Of a DNA stretch of 64,000 nt, positions 15,746 to 29,789 are shown piece after piece. The notes beneath the pieces were generated by a model. The model was not told the origin of the DNA. It saw only the letters and a list, made by a program, of their open reading frames with translations, and searched no databases. This DNA is from the human T2T-CHM13v2.0 reference genome, Homo sapiens. The stretch lies in assembly GCF_009914755.1 (NCBI RefSeq), contig NC_060929.1; one strand, written 5' to 3'. The translations under genes and the position numbers were made by a program. Every line of letters begins with the position of its first letter. The stretch's first letter is position 1.

Positions 15746-16134
15746 TCCACAAATCCTATTAAATAAAATATCACTTACAACAGTTATGTTCACAAGTTCC
15801 TGCCCTCTGAATTAATGAGCAACTTCTACCTTCATGGTTGTAACTGTAGATTTATGCTGCGGCCCCAGGCAAATTTCAGAGAAAAGAGCGATATCTGAGA
15901 AAATGATAAGATCCTTACAGTAATACTGAAAACAGGAGTATGGCAATAAGGGTCCTCAAAATAGCTGACGTCTTCAAGGGAAACTAACAAGAGTGTTAGA
16001 GAAGGGAAGATAGGACCAGGAGGCTAGAGATGAACAAAAACAAAACACCACATAGTGAAGGCACCTTGACACACTGATAGAAATACAAAGAAAGTTCTCT
16101 TGAAAAGTTTCTGATACTTTATTAAAATAATGGT

Positions 16135-16631
16135 TTATTTAGTAGGATTGGGTTTGGCCATATATAACAGAAAGACCCGAAGTAACAGTGGAAATAAGAT
16201 GAAAGTTTATACCTCTTTCACATAACAGAAGGCCAGAAATTGGTAGTTCAATGCTAGTGTTAAGGCTTCGTGGTGTTAGAGGCCCAGGATCTTTCTACAT
16301 TATTGTTTGCCATTTATGGCTTCTATTCCTGATGTCACCTCATGTTCCAGAATAGCTGCTGGAGCTCCAGGCATTAGGTATACATTCCAGGCAATGGGAA
16401 AAAAGAAGGGGGAAAGAAGGGTCTACTCTCTCCTTTTAAAAGAGATTTTCCCAAAATAACTCACAACACTTGCATTTTTATCTTTTTGAGCAGATAATCC
16501 ACCCACACCTAGTTGCAAGGAAGGCTTAAGTCCATTATTTGGGTGTATTGCCGCCATATAAATGCAAGATTCTGTTCGTAAGGAGGAGAGAGAATGGATA
16601 TTTGAATGTCCAACCACCAGGCTCTGCCACA
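16135..16631 (-). mobile_element. MLT1 (J-like) solo LTR
   Basis: 'ataacagaaagacccgaagtaacagtgg', 'atagctgctggagctccaggcat', ends 'ctctgccaca'. Confidence 0.75.
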
Positions 16632-17242
16632 AATGGGTAAAGGGTAAATATAACAATAATGAGATATAATAATTTACTTGAGATACCTCCTCAAAGACAT
16701 CCACATCAGGATATTCCAATACCATAAGTAGGTATCATAATACATTTTAGATTTATAAAATTTTTAATGTAAAATCAATTTAGGAACTTTTGTAGTAAGA
16801 ATAATGGGAATAGATTGGCTGTGAAGCAAAAAATGAGAAAGCTAAGTTTTGTATACCAAAATCATAATATTCCTCTAATCTGGTGGTTGGCTTTTGTCCT
16901 CAGGCTGTGTAGCTGGACACACATGATAAGAAACCTTTTACATTTACTGTCATCTTCATTCCCAAATTGTTACACTACAGATTTCTTAAATTGAACTTGT
17001 AGCAGCCTGCTTTTCTACTTAACTATATTCATATTTCAAGCAAGCACAGCTCAAATTTCAAGGGAAAACTATCAAAAGTGACATTTAACTCCTATACATT
17101 CAAAATACTGCATAGAAACTAACCATTCACCTCTTTCTAAAATCATATGGAAATATGTGATTAAAGCGAAGGAAATTTTGAAAAATTAAGACATATGATG
17201 CATTCCTATGCAAAAATAATTGTTTTTCTAAATAAATATAAC

Positions 17243-17330
17243 TTTTTTTTTTTTTTTGCAGAGATCCAGGGGTCTCACTATGTTGCCCAGGCTGGTCTTG
17301 AAATCCTGGCCTCAAGTGATCCTCCGGGCT
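17243..17330 (-). mobile_element. Partial Alu monomer (FLAM/AluJ)
   Basis: Poly-T plus 'ggggtctcactatgttgcccaggctggtcttgaa'. Confidence 0.85.
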
Positions 17331-17659
17331 TAAATGATAATAAAATAACTAACTTAATGATAACAAACAATTAACACTTATTAAATGATGATTATGTACC
17401 AAGAGGAGAGCTGAGTACTTTATTTATTCAATCATAAACTGTAACAGCTTCAGTGTATTGTCTTAAAATTTTATGCCTTAGGCTCTGTCTTTCATTTATC
17501 CTTTTCACAAACATTTGTCAAACACTTACTAAGGTGCCTAGCCCTATACTAAAAGATAAGGATGCAGATATAAAGGAAAGAGACTATTCTAAGAAAGCTC
17601 ATAGTACTTAAAAAAAAAAACTGGAAAAGGGGAAAAATAAAATGAGTATATTCTAAATC

Positions 17660-17880
17660 CTGCATGTACTGGCTCTGGACTAGACCATCTTGGTTTAAAA
17701 TCTGGCTCTATGAGTGTCCCTCTGTAGGACTTGAAGCAAATCACATAATTTCTCTAGGTTTCAGTGTCCTCTGCTGAAAAATAGAGATTACCAAATTACT
17801 GAATGAGATAATCCATGTAAAGCACTTAACTTAGTGTTTGGCACAATGTAAGTACTCAATAAGAGTCTGTTGTAATTATT
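17660..17880 (+). mobile_element. MIR
   Basis: 'tttcagtgtcctctgctgaaaaatagag...gagataatccatgtaaagcacttaac'. Confidence 0.7.
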
Positions 17881-19465
17881 ATTTGCTTGTGTAAATGATA
17901 GCATCCGGGGACTAAAGGAACACTAGAAAAGACACTGAACTCAGACATGAAGCTGAGGAGACGTTAGAAGGAATGATAGCTAAGTGGAGTATTGAAGGAT
18001 GTGCAAGTCAGCTATTCCCCCCAAGTTCTCCTGCTTTCCAAAGGCAACCTTCTCTTCAATGCCCAAATGACAATAGCCTGACCTACATCCCTGTAAAAGC
18101 AGAAAGTCACATCTTTCATTTGGTTACTTTCTCAAGTATAGCAGTGAAAACCTGAGGAATGATGGCAAGTTCTGCAAATTCTTGGGATCCCCCAGACAGA
18201 TGCTGTTTCTGGATTATTGGGCTACTCCATGCACAGCATCTCCGCTCAGACCTAACCCCCTGCCCTAGACTCTTTCTGCCTCCCCAGCATCATGTAGACC
18301 CCAAGCATGGACATAGATCCTTTCATTAATGCCCCCAAGGCACATCTAGGAAGGGGCTATCCCTTTAAATAAGGCTTCACTAAAAGATTTGAAAGAATAG
18401 AATACCCCTAGAAGGCAACCTATAGCATGACTAAAGGTGGTTACTTTGAAAGCCACAGACCAAACACAAGTTGACTCTCTCTACCCGACTCCCACAGGTA
18501 TTTTTTCTAATAGGAGTGGGAGTCAGCTGCACCCCCATCCACAGAAATCTTCAGACACTTCCATATACCAGAGGACAATCTCAATTCCCTCTTTGCTCCC
18601 AAGAAACAAGGATTGATTGCCTTCACTCCATTGTCCAAGACCCTTTTCTTTTTCACCTCAGGATGGCAGGAATATGAGAACCCAGTTCCTTCAGGTTGAG
18701 GCTGCCCTCATCTCAAAGACACACCCGGGACAATCACTAGAGTGAGTCGTTAAACATTTTTCCAAATCAGGGCTGTTCCTTCTTAAATAGCTTCTGTGTA
18801 GGACACCAATGGTCCAGTTCATCTAGCTTCAAGCCGCTCTATATCCTTATCACAGAATTCTATTTGCCTTGAGGGGAAAGGAAGTCCAGACCTGCATGAT
18901 CTTCCTGCCATGGTTCCCAACCTTGAAACGATGCTGCTTGAACAAAAAGACATGTAATTCCACTAACACAATAATTTTCATGTAAAGGATAGTCTAAATC
19001 CAGATTTAGGATTTTTTTTCATTAACTTGCTAATACACTACATTTATATTATTAAACAAACACTTAATATCTTACTCTAAAACTTTTGCATTTGAGATTA
19101 TTACTTTACATCTTGGGCTTCCCCCAGAAAAATGGATAGGTGTTTGCTCTACAAATACATTACTAAAATAATTCACTCAAGTTGTCCACACTAAAACAAA
19201 GGGAAGTTTCACCCCAAAGACAAATGCTTACCTGTTAAGTGTCTCATTTTCTGAGTTCTGCTCTCAACTAGATTATGTGTTAGGATTCTTGCTGCTTTTC
19301 CACAAGTGTATGCTTCAGTAGTTTAGAATGGAAATAGCCCAGAGCATTTTAAAAGCAGTATGGAACTGTCTTGATAAAAGGCATTTTAGCATTCTACCAT
19401 TGAACACAACAATATCCCTTGGCCAGGAACTCTTTGAGGAATGTTAGACATATAAAGTAAAGCCC

Positions 19466-20030
19466 TGTGGTGGTTAATTTTAGGTGCCAACCTGACCGGA
19501 TTAAGGAATATCTAGAGAACTGGTAATGGATCATTTCTTGGTGTGTCTGTGAGGGTGATTCTGGAGGAGACTGGTGTGTGAGTCAGTAGACTGACCAGTG
19601 AAGATCTGCCCTCAATGTGAGCTGGCACCACCCAATTGGCTGGGGATCCAGATAGAACAAAAATAAATTTCCTCTCTTCTAGAGCTGAGATACATTCTTC
19701 TCCTGTCCTTGGATATCAGAACTCCAGGCTCTCTGGCTTTTAAACTTCAGGGCTTATACCAGTGGCCCCCCAGGTTCTCAGGCCTTCAGCTTCAGACTGA
19801 GAGTTAAACAGCAGCCTCCCTGGTTCTGAGGGCTTCGGACTTAGACTGAGACATGCTACAGGTATCCTGGGGTCTCTAGCTTGCAGATGGCCTGTTGTGG
19901 GGCTTCTCAGCCTCCATAATCATGTAAGCCAATTCCCCTACTAAATCCCCTCTCATATGGCTGTATCTAAATCTATCTATTGATTTATCTTGCTTTCTTT
20001 CTATCTACTTAAGAACTCTTGACAAATGCA
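19466..20030 (+). mobile_element. MLT2B-like (ERVL) solo LTR
   Basis: Starts 'tgtggtggttaattttaggtgccaac'; contains 'gaagatctgccctcaatgtg' and 'cagcctccataatcatgtaagccaattccc'. Confidence 0.9.
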
Positions 20031-20389
20031 AAGTCCCTGTCTAGAGACCAAGGAAAACCACTTTTTGGATAGTCAATAACTAGTTGGCATTCAAATACAT
20101 ACCCCAAAAGATGTTCATTAACATTACTCAAGTAATGATTTAAAACTCAGTGACTCATTATCTTCCCAGTATTATGCTACAAGTGTTTGAGATCAATATA
20201 AAGTACCCACACTAAAAACAGATCACTTTCTTCAAAGACTCAAAAGTGTTACAATTTATCAAGACACAGCTTGACAAAAGAGTCACGGGTAAGAACAGAA
20301 GTTTGTACAGCAGAAGTGTGTGAACTTTCAAGGATAAATTATAAATGGCATTGCAGATTCCACATTAGTCTTTTGTAATCCAAAGATCC

Positions 20390-20670
20390 AGACACCATGT
20401 TGAGAGGACACTCAAGCAGCCTCATGGAGTGGCCCATGTGGCCAGAAATTGAGACTCTTAGCCAACAGCCAGAACCAACTTACCAGCCATATGAGTGAGA
20501 TACCTTGAAATTGAATGTTCCACCCTCAGTCATGTGTCCAGATGATGTAGCCACAGCTGACATCTGACTGCAAACTCGTAAGAGACCCTTGAGCCAGAAC
20601 ACCCAATCAAATTACTCCAAAATTCCTCACCAATAGTAACTGTTAGAGAGAATAAATGACTGTCGTAGTT
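20390..20670 (+). mobile_element. MLT1 LTR fragment
   Basis: 'ccatgttgagaggacactcaagcagcc...gccaacagcc...gagacccttgagccagaac'. Confidence 0.75.
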
Positions 20671-20719
20671 TCAAAAAAAACAAAAAAAAAGAACAGAACA
20701 GAGGTTTGAAAAGAGGAAG

Positions 20720-20915
20720 TTTCTTGTTCAAGTAGGTAAGTAGCTTGTTCTACTTACTAGCTTTGTGATCTTTAGCCAATATATTTAGCTTCACTGTGCC
20801 TCTTTTTTCTCATCTGTAAAATAGGGCCAGGGGTACACACATCACTAGGTTAATGAAGATAGTGTTTGTCAAGGATCAGCAACAAAGCCTGGTACACAGT
20901 AGGCAGTCAACAATT
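20720..20915 (+). mobile_element. MIR
   Basis: 'acttactagctttgtgatc...gcctctttttctcatctgtaaaatagg'. Confidence 0.7.
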
Positions 20916-20916
20916 A

Positions 20917-21090
20917 CTATATCATATTGATTCTAAAATGCACACTTATTTTCACATTTTAACATCTCTGAAATTGAAATGGATCTTATATTGTGTTATG
21001 GTTTAATGACAGTTTTTTTCTCTTTCTTAATGTTCATAAAATAACAGTACATCTTATAGTCCATGGCATCTTAAGTTGATGAAATGCAGT
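20917..21090 (+). mobile_element. MER104 (Tc2-type DNA transposon)
   Basis: 'gattctaaaatgcacac..ttttcacattttaacatctctgaaatt...atggcatcttaagttgatgaaatgcag'. Confidence 0.7.
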
Positions 21091-21348
21091 AATTTCTTCT
21101 CTCTCTTACTACTGTATCCAAGAATGTATTTTACTTCCTCACAAACCTGACAAGTAACACAAAAAATAAAAGGAGCACTATAACAAGGGGTGCCTTACAA
21201 CCATTTAGAATAATCGAGAACTATTTTTTCCCATTTCACCTGACTATTTCACTTTTAGAGCTGTGATAAGAGCAACTGAGATTTTTGTGAAATAACAGGA
21301 TTGTTTAAAAGGGCTCTTTTTGCCTTTTTCACAGACGGGCCTTATTTA

Positions 21349-21645
<297 letters not shown>

Positions 21646-21657
21646 CTAATTTCTAAC

Positions 21658-22147
21658 TCTATGTGTCAGGGTTCTCCAGAGAAACGGAACTAGAGAGGAG
21701 ATAGATATATAGATAGAGAGAGAAAGAGATTTATTATTAGGAATTGGCTTACATTATGATGGAGGCTAAAAAGTACCGTGATCCACCATCTGCAATCTGG
21801 AGGCCCAGGAAAGTTGATAGTGTAGCTCCAGTTAGAGCCTGAAGGCCTGAGAACCAGGGTGTAAATCCTCATCCAAAGGCTGGAGAAGGTGAGATGCAAT
21901 GTCCCAGCCCAAGCAGGTGGGCAGCAAGAAAAAAGGTGAATTCTTCCTTCCTCCTTCTCTTGTTCTCTTCACGCCTTCAACAGATTGGATGATGCCCACC
22001 CATATTGGAGAGAGCCATCTACTTTAATGAGTCCACGAATTTGAATGCTAATCTCATCCAGAAACATCTAGAAAGACACAACAGAAATCATATTTAGTCT
22101 AGGCACCCTGTGGCCAGTCAAGTGGACACACACAATTAATCATCTTA
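21658..22147 (-). mobile_element. MLT2B-like solo LTR
   Basis: 'gtcagggttctccagagaaac...gatttattattaggaattggctt...ccagtcaagtggacac..aattaatcatc'. Confidence 0.85.
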
Positions 22148-22303
22148 CTCTAGATAACATAATTCTATGAGAGAAAATAAATTATCCTTATTTTAAAATG
22201 TTCCATTTATCCTATACTTGTTGGTTCTGCCAAATCATCTAGTATTTTTAGGCATGTTAAGTTATTTTGGCCCAAGTCCTGGTTTTAGAAATGATTCATA
22301 TGA

Positions 22304-22763
<460 letters not shown>

Positions 22764-23762
22764 AAATGATTCATATGAGAACAGCCATGAATGAATGCTC
22801 ACAAACACACCTAGGTCACCTGTCCCCTTCTTCCTGGGATGCCCTTTCTCTTTGTCTCCCTGTCTAGCTTTTGCCTCTCAATCTATTCTCTTTGCCTCTC
22901 TATCTATCTCTTTGGCTGTCTATCTACCAAGAGCCAGCTACTGAAACAAGACACTATAGAACCTTAGAAACATTTCCTGATATGCCCAATTCAAAGTCAA
23001 CTTCTTCTCAACTACTTCATTACTATATGAATAAAATAAGAGAACCCAAGGAATCACAAATGAACATGTATACTGACTAAGAAATTAGACCTTCCCTGAA
23101 ACTTGATCAGTCTTGCCTTGTCACCATTCCTAGAAAACAATGAGTTCTTGATAAGTGTTGAATGAATCTTTACCTTGCTTCTCACTATCATTCTAGTTTT
23201 TCTAATATCTCCCAGGTATTTATAGCATTTTCCTTTGTTTACTTGAGCAAGCAACAGCAGACTCTTCAATCTCCAGGTCATATTTACTCTTGCTGTGCCC
23301 ATCAGAAGCCCAATGCCTACCTCCATCCTCCTTTTCCCTCCTCACCCCCAGACTCTACAACTTCAGGTTGTGAAAGATACCTAGTTTGCTAATGACCCTG
23401 ACCAACTTTATATATCTTCTTGACACACTATAATAACTATAAAAAATAGAATACTAAACCAAAAATTTAATTTTAAAAAAACTATGGGAGAGAGAGAGAG
23501 AATAGAGTAGGGGCAGAGGCAAAAGTTACACTACTCTGAATATATTTCATTTTGTATATTTGACTTTGAGGACACATAAATATTTTACATAATTATAAAA
23601 CAAAATTAAATTTAAAAATTAAATTCTATAAAACAAAAACAAAATTTTAAAAATAGATCACACAAATTATTTCCAATGACTTTATAACACAATAATTTGG
23701 TTGTTTAATCCTAGTAAGATTAAACCTAAAGACAAAAAGTACTATATAAATAACAATAAATT

Positions 23763-24025
23763 GGGCCAGTGCAGTGACTCACACCTGTAATCCCAGGGCT
23801 CTAGAAGCCTGAGGTAGGAGGGTCATTTACGCCCAGGAGTTCAAGACTAGCCTGGGCAACATAGTGAGGCCCTGCCTGTACAAATAATTTTTAAATTAGC
23901 TGGGTGTAAAGGAGTGCTCCTGTAGTCCCAGCTATTCTGGGCTCAAGATTACAGTAATCATGCCATTGCATTCCAGCCTGGGTGTCAAAGTGAGACCTTG
24001 TTCTCTAAAAATAAAATAAAATAAT
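23763..24025 (+). mobile_element. AluJ
   Basis: J-type 'gcccaggagttcaagactagcctgggcaacatagtgag'; ataaattg TSD remnant. Confidence 0.9.
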
Positions 24026-25020
24026 TATAAATTGTCTGCAGTAAACACATTGTTGGTATAGTGTTGATACAGTTATTTTTGGGGGTTATGTTCTGTGGGA
24101 CAAAGCAAATGAATAATTATGTTGGTGTCCTTGAGAAGCAACCAGTTTCTTCATGGAGAAAGAAGATACAGATGACATAAGATTGATAATGTTAAACAAA
24201 AACCCTGTGATCCTGAGTTTGAATTAGAAGTATCAGTATGAATTCATCATTTATTTTATTTTTTAAAATTCCTGGCTCTGTCTACTGGAAACACCTATAA
24301 ACTTGACTGTAGTTTGAAAACATCATTTCCACTAAAAAACACAGGATACATTGGAGAAATAGCTGTTTCCAAACCTGGGACAGAAAATGTGCCAAATGAA
24401 GCTGGAATATCAGACTATACCAAAAAGCAAGGAAACTATAAAAGACTAGTGTGAGCCTGTCAAAGGACTCAAGAGCCAAGCAATTCTCTCACTGGCCAAA
24501 GATGAGACAATGTGGGCATTAGTAGGGATTAAAACACATCAAATAAATTTAAACTCATGAATTCATAATTATTCTTTTAAAAACTCATTGGTCACATATG
24601 GAGGATGCTGGAGAAGCAATTCACTATTTTGAAAACTGATAAATAAAGAGAAAGAATCAAGCATAAGCATAAGTCTTTTTTTTATGCATACTATACTTCA
24701 GACCATAATAACCATATTTTATACAGAGAGGTTTATCTTTATAGAAATAGCCCAGCTAATAAATAATGATACAATTTAAATATAATCCTTTTGTAAACCC
24801 TCATGAAATAATGGATCTGAAAAAATCCATTATTGTGTGTGGCTGCTAACATCACAAAAAAGTAACATTATTGTGTCTGGATAGAAGTACACAAGACCAC
24901 CTATGAAGTAGCCACACACCAAATAATCAAAGAGAAATCTCTTAAGCCTACAAAAATACAAGGAACAAGTTACAGAAATACAAAGAACAGCAGAATGTGT
25001 TAAGCAATCACCTAGAGGTG

Positions 25021-25378
25021 TGTCTTTGCCCATTCAGGCTGCTCTAAAAAATATACAATAAACTGAATGGCTTATAAAAAACAGAAATTTATTTCTCAAA
25101 TTCTGGAGGCTAAGAACTCCAAGATCAAGGCTTTGATGTCTAGCAAGGGCCCACTTATAGTTCATGGACAACCATATTTTTACCATGTCCCCACATGGTG
25201 GAAGGCACACAAGGTCTCTCTTGGATCTCTTTGATGAAGGGCACTAATGCCATTCATGAGGGCTCCACCCTCATGACCTAATTACCTCCCAAAAACCTCA
25301 TCTCCTAATACCATTCCCTTAGAGACTGGAATTTCAGCATATGAGTTTTGCAGGGACACAAACATTCAGACCACAGCA
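25021..25378 (-). mobile_element. MLT1A-like solo LTR
   Basis: 'aacagaaatttatttctc..ttctggaggct', 'ggcactaatgccattcatgagggctccaccctcatgacctaattacctccc', ends 'acattcagaccacagca'. Confidence 0.9.
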
Positions 25379-25429
25379 GGATGCAAGAAGCAGAATCCAT
25401 ACCATGATTCATTCTACAGGACAAAATGA

Positions 25430-25888
<459 letters not shown>

Positions 25889-27344
25889 AACAATTATATA
25901 TTAAAAGAGACTTAAGAAGCATACCAACTAATAGCAGTATGCAGTGTGTGTTTAGATCATGGTTCAAACAAACTCTGAAAAAAAATTGAGTTAATTAGAG
26001 AAATTTAACTAATAACTATTTTATAGTATTAAGAATCATTCATTTTTTAGGTGAAATAATAGTACTTAATCTTTTAAAGATATTATTAAAATATTTGCTG
26101 ATAAAATGATAGGATGTTCAGGATTTGTTTCAAAATAACCCAGGACTGAGGGAAGGGAATGGAGACGTAGATAAAATTCAGTCAAGAAATCACTGAAGCT
26201 GAATTAACGGGTACCTAAAGCGGGGTTCATTATACTATCTATTCACTCTACTTTTGAATATGTTTGAAATTTTCCATAACAAAAAGTTTTCAAAACTTGT
26301 TTTAAAACATGTTTCCATTAAATTTTTTACAGTATCATTGTAAAAAAAAAAAAAAACAGTACAATATATCTCACACCTACAGTGAATGAATCATGTAGAA
26401 TATTCAAGAAGTGCTAAAGATAACATGCTGGCATGTAAGTAAACTTGTCAAGTTTCCTCAAGGTGGTCAGATACTGTTTGCTCCAACACACCGATCTTCA
26501 TGTAACACCACTTCTGGAAGATTCTCAGTCACCTATAATACTGAATATGTTGTTGAACATCTCGGAAACAATTGTACTCAATCCCCTGGGTCCCCTGGCA
26601 ATGCTAAGGCTTTTCCTGAGCATCTGTGGCTCTGTGTCTGGGCCCCTGATTTTAGACTTACTGGTGCCAGTAAGTCTCAATGACTGAGGTCCCTCACATT
26701 TGAGGCTACAAAAATTTCTTGTACAAAGAAGATAAACACCCCTGGCTCCTCTTGTGCAGTATTCTGCTCATCTTTCAAGGTCTTAAGTACACAAAAAGAT
26801 TATATTTAACTGACTAAGGCTGCTGGACCTGGACATGGGACCAGGATGGCAGCAGGGAGAGTGACAGCAGCCGCAAGAGCAGCAGTGGCTGCAGCCAAGG
26901 GAGAAAGAAGGGATTCTGCGTGTAGGCATCACTGGGACCCATAGAGGGAGACGGGCTTGGCCATCAGTCCCTGGAGCCTAACCTTGTGGTGTCTGTACAA
27001 ATATTAATTCTGGCCTGAGGCCAAGATAGGAACTGCCAGGACACAGGCAGTAAACTCTCAGTAGATTATTACAAAATAAAACTGCACACACGGACATTGC
27101 GAGAAAGCATATCAGGGAGTCATTAAAATTCTCTAAAGAGTTTAGAATCTTACATTTTGAAAATAGCCTCAACATTACAAAGCTGCTTAGAAAGAGAAAT
27201 AGGCTTGGGAATGGAAAAGAAATTTAAAGATCGTGGCTTAAAAATATAAAACAAATTTAAAGATGGTGGCATTTGATAGAAAAATACACTAGTTTCATAT
27301 GAAGCTTCAAATGAGCAAACTATTAATGAGTAAAACAATTTCAC

Positions 27345-27550
27345 ATTTATTTATTTATTTTTGAGACAGGCTTTTGCTGTGTTGCCCAGGCTGGAGAGCA
27401 GTGGCTAGTCACAGACATGATCATGGCACACTATAGCTTTGAACTCCTGGACTTAAGGGATTCTGCCTTCAACTCCTGGATTCAAGGGATCCTTCTGCCT
27501 CAGGCTCCGAAGGAGCTAGGACTGCAGGTAGGTGCCATCATGGCAGCTGA
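27345..27550 (-). mobile_element. Alu monomer (FRAM/AluJ arm) with short internal duplication
   Basis: (TTTA)n plus 'gagacagg..gttgcccaggctggag'; 'aactcctgga' occurs twice. Confidence 0.8.
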
Positions 27551-27850
27551 GACCATGTTTAAATTAGTTTTTTCCTTATAATTGAAGATACATTGGTAGA
27601 CTGCATAAACCATCATTTTGAATTTTATACAAATCAAGAAGCCACATTTAATTTCTTGTACAGCCTCTACAAGTTATAGGAAATGTCAAAGGAAACATTA
27701 AGAAACCACTGTATAAATTTACATTTAAAATTAAATTTAGTCTTATACAAAATTAATTTGTATAAAGAATTAAATATTTTTAGAAAAATTGCTCCAAGAG
27801 AATCATCAGCTCTACATATGCTAAAATTTTTATTTCAAAACAATTTATCA

Positions 27851-27958
27851 GGCTGACCTGAGAGTAGTGAGTTATCTCAATTGATTATTCAGTCAGTTAC
27901 AGATCAAACTCTTTGTTCTACTCTTTCCGCCTTCTCACTACTATACTTAACTAGTCTT
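27851..27958 (+). pseudogene. Y_RNA: Y1 RNA (RNY1) retropseudogene
   Basis: 'ggctgacctgagagtagtgagttatctcaattgattattcagtcagttacagatcaaactctttgttctactctttccgccttctcactactatacttaactagtctt' is near full-length hY1; A-rich tail; TSD aa(c/t)aatttatca on both sides. Confidence 0.95.
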
Positions 27959-28744
27959 AAAATATAGTAGCAATAATAATTTATCAGAAATGTATCCCAA
28001 ATGTAACAGGCTACAAAATACTCTTAACAGCTCCAATAACAATTGCATCAGCAGTAAGATCCTCGTCAAAATTTAAAATTATCAAAAATTATTTGCAATC
28101 TGACATTTTCCAAGAGAAACTAATGTCACTTTCAATTGCATCAATTGAAAATAAAATTTCTAAAAGTTTAAATTTTGATGATCCATTAAATGAGTTTGTG
28201 GAAAAGCAAGCCTGAAAAATCTTAACATTAATCAAGATATGACATTAATAAAGTAGTATTATATATTGTATTGTATAATATTATAATGCCAGAAAATTTT
28301 TTGTACTTTTTAAGTTAATTGTTGCTCATATATCACTATTACCTCTATAGCATTTTATAAATAATACAAATTTTAAAGGAAAATCTTTATTTATAACACT
28401 TTTAATGACACTTTTTTCCTGCTCTTTAAATGAGGGCTCTGCATTTTCATTTTAAAGCAATTTTTGAACTCTTACATGAGAGAATAGAACAGTTATAACT
28501 CTTATAAATGTTAAACTAATTCTTGCAATCCCAGCATTATAGAAGTTTCTAATTGGGCAGGGTAGTGGCGGAGGGCCAGGAGGGGAACCTTTAAAGATCA
28601 GTAATTCCATTATATAGATAGCAAAACTAAGGCACCAACCTGTAATTGTTTCAAGGTCACACGTGATTCAGAGACAGACTTGGGACTAAATCTCAAGACT
28701 CTCAATTCTACCTGGTATAAATTCTACCACCTATTCTTGCTCAT

Positions 28745-29150
28745 TCTGTCAATGTTCTAGGAAATTACAAAGACTGAAGCTGTTTTAAAAATAATTTATT
28801 ATTGGGTGTTGTAAAAGCTGAGAATCCAAACAGGATTGCCAAACAACCTAGATATCTACAGCATCATGCCTTCATCACCAAAAGAAATAAGGCATGTTCA
28901 AAGGAGCTGGAGCAATGGGAAGAAACACAGATATTGGCCAAGCCACCTCCAGAAGCAGAGAGGGAAGAAATATTCTTCCTTTCTCCCTTCCAGCCTTTCA
29001 TCTTTCACCACATATTCCCATTAGCAGAAATGAGCTGGAAGCCAGCTGACAGAAGAGCCTGGCAAACTCCATCGGCAGGAGTCAGCCTTCCGTGACAGAA
29101 CAGAGAAAGGGTGAGGAATGAATCGAAGGCAACCAGCAAATGACTGACAC
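28745..29150 (-). mobile_element. LTR67B-like ERVL LTR
   Basis: 'ccattagcagaaatgagctggaagccagctgacagaagagcctgg...cagcaaatgactgacaca'. Confidence 0.6.
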
Positions 29151-29358
29151 ATGGAATAAGCCAGGGATAGCCTCAGGTGTGAGTGCTACCTGAAAATCTA
29201 AAAAGTGCTGGTAGCCAGATATTAAGATAATGAAAGCCCTTGGCACAGTGCATGGCATATGGTGAGTAGCAGTTACAAAATCACATCATCATTACTATTA
29301 CTCTTAGTAGTATTAAACAGGAAGAGGTTAAAAAAATGATAAAAGAATCAGGGGAATT

Positions 29359-29789
29359 GGTCAGAAGATGATGAGACGAGCACTCAACATCAAAAATATT
29401 GACAAGACAAAGCTGAATGCGTTGCTTCCTATAATCAGGGAGGGCTATGCCAGTCAGGCACAGCAGACAGCCTTATATCAGATTTTTCTTTAGGGGAAGC
29501 ATGAAGTGCTAGGAATTGACAGACTTTCAGGGGTATGAGTGGTTGGACATCATCTGCGGCAGCTCAGTTACTCAGGTGAGACTGCTGCTGATTAGCTGGC
29601 ACTGAGAGGGGTGTTTATTGGAGTGAATCTTTCCCCGTGAGCTGACTCAAGCGAGAGGGGCTCACTGATGCAGGTTATTCTTGACCAACTGAATGGGTTT
29701 AAAACTGGTTCTTGTGGCTATTTTGTTTCCATTGCTACAGAAAAAAAAAAAAGTCTTTTTCTATGTTTGTAGGAACCTCTTTATTTTTA
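29359..29789 (-). mobile_element. 3' LTR of ancient ERV1 (MER110-like) provirus
   Basis: Direct-repeat partner of 44939-45384; preceded on the minus strand by purine tract 'agtaggagggac'. Confidence 0.8.

Larger units (their letters stand above)
26830..28455 (+). mobile_element. hAT-Tip100 DNA transposon fossil (MER45R-like) with degenerate transposase C-terminus
   Basis: Degenerate translation ..SYEASNEQTINE.. and ..YKILLTAPITIASAVRSSSKFKIIKNYLQSDIFQEKLMSLSIASIEN.. matches the hAT dimerisation domain; 3' 'gggctctgcattttcatttt' is MER45-like; left boundary uncertain. Confidence 0.75.

Noticed and set aside
26411-26687. Two overlapping 80-90 aa ORFs in apparently unique DNA
   Set aside because: No recognisable domain, no convincing splice sites and no poly-A/TSD of a retrocopy
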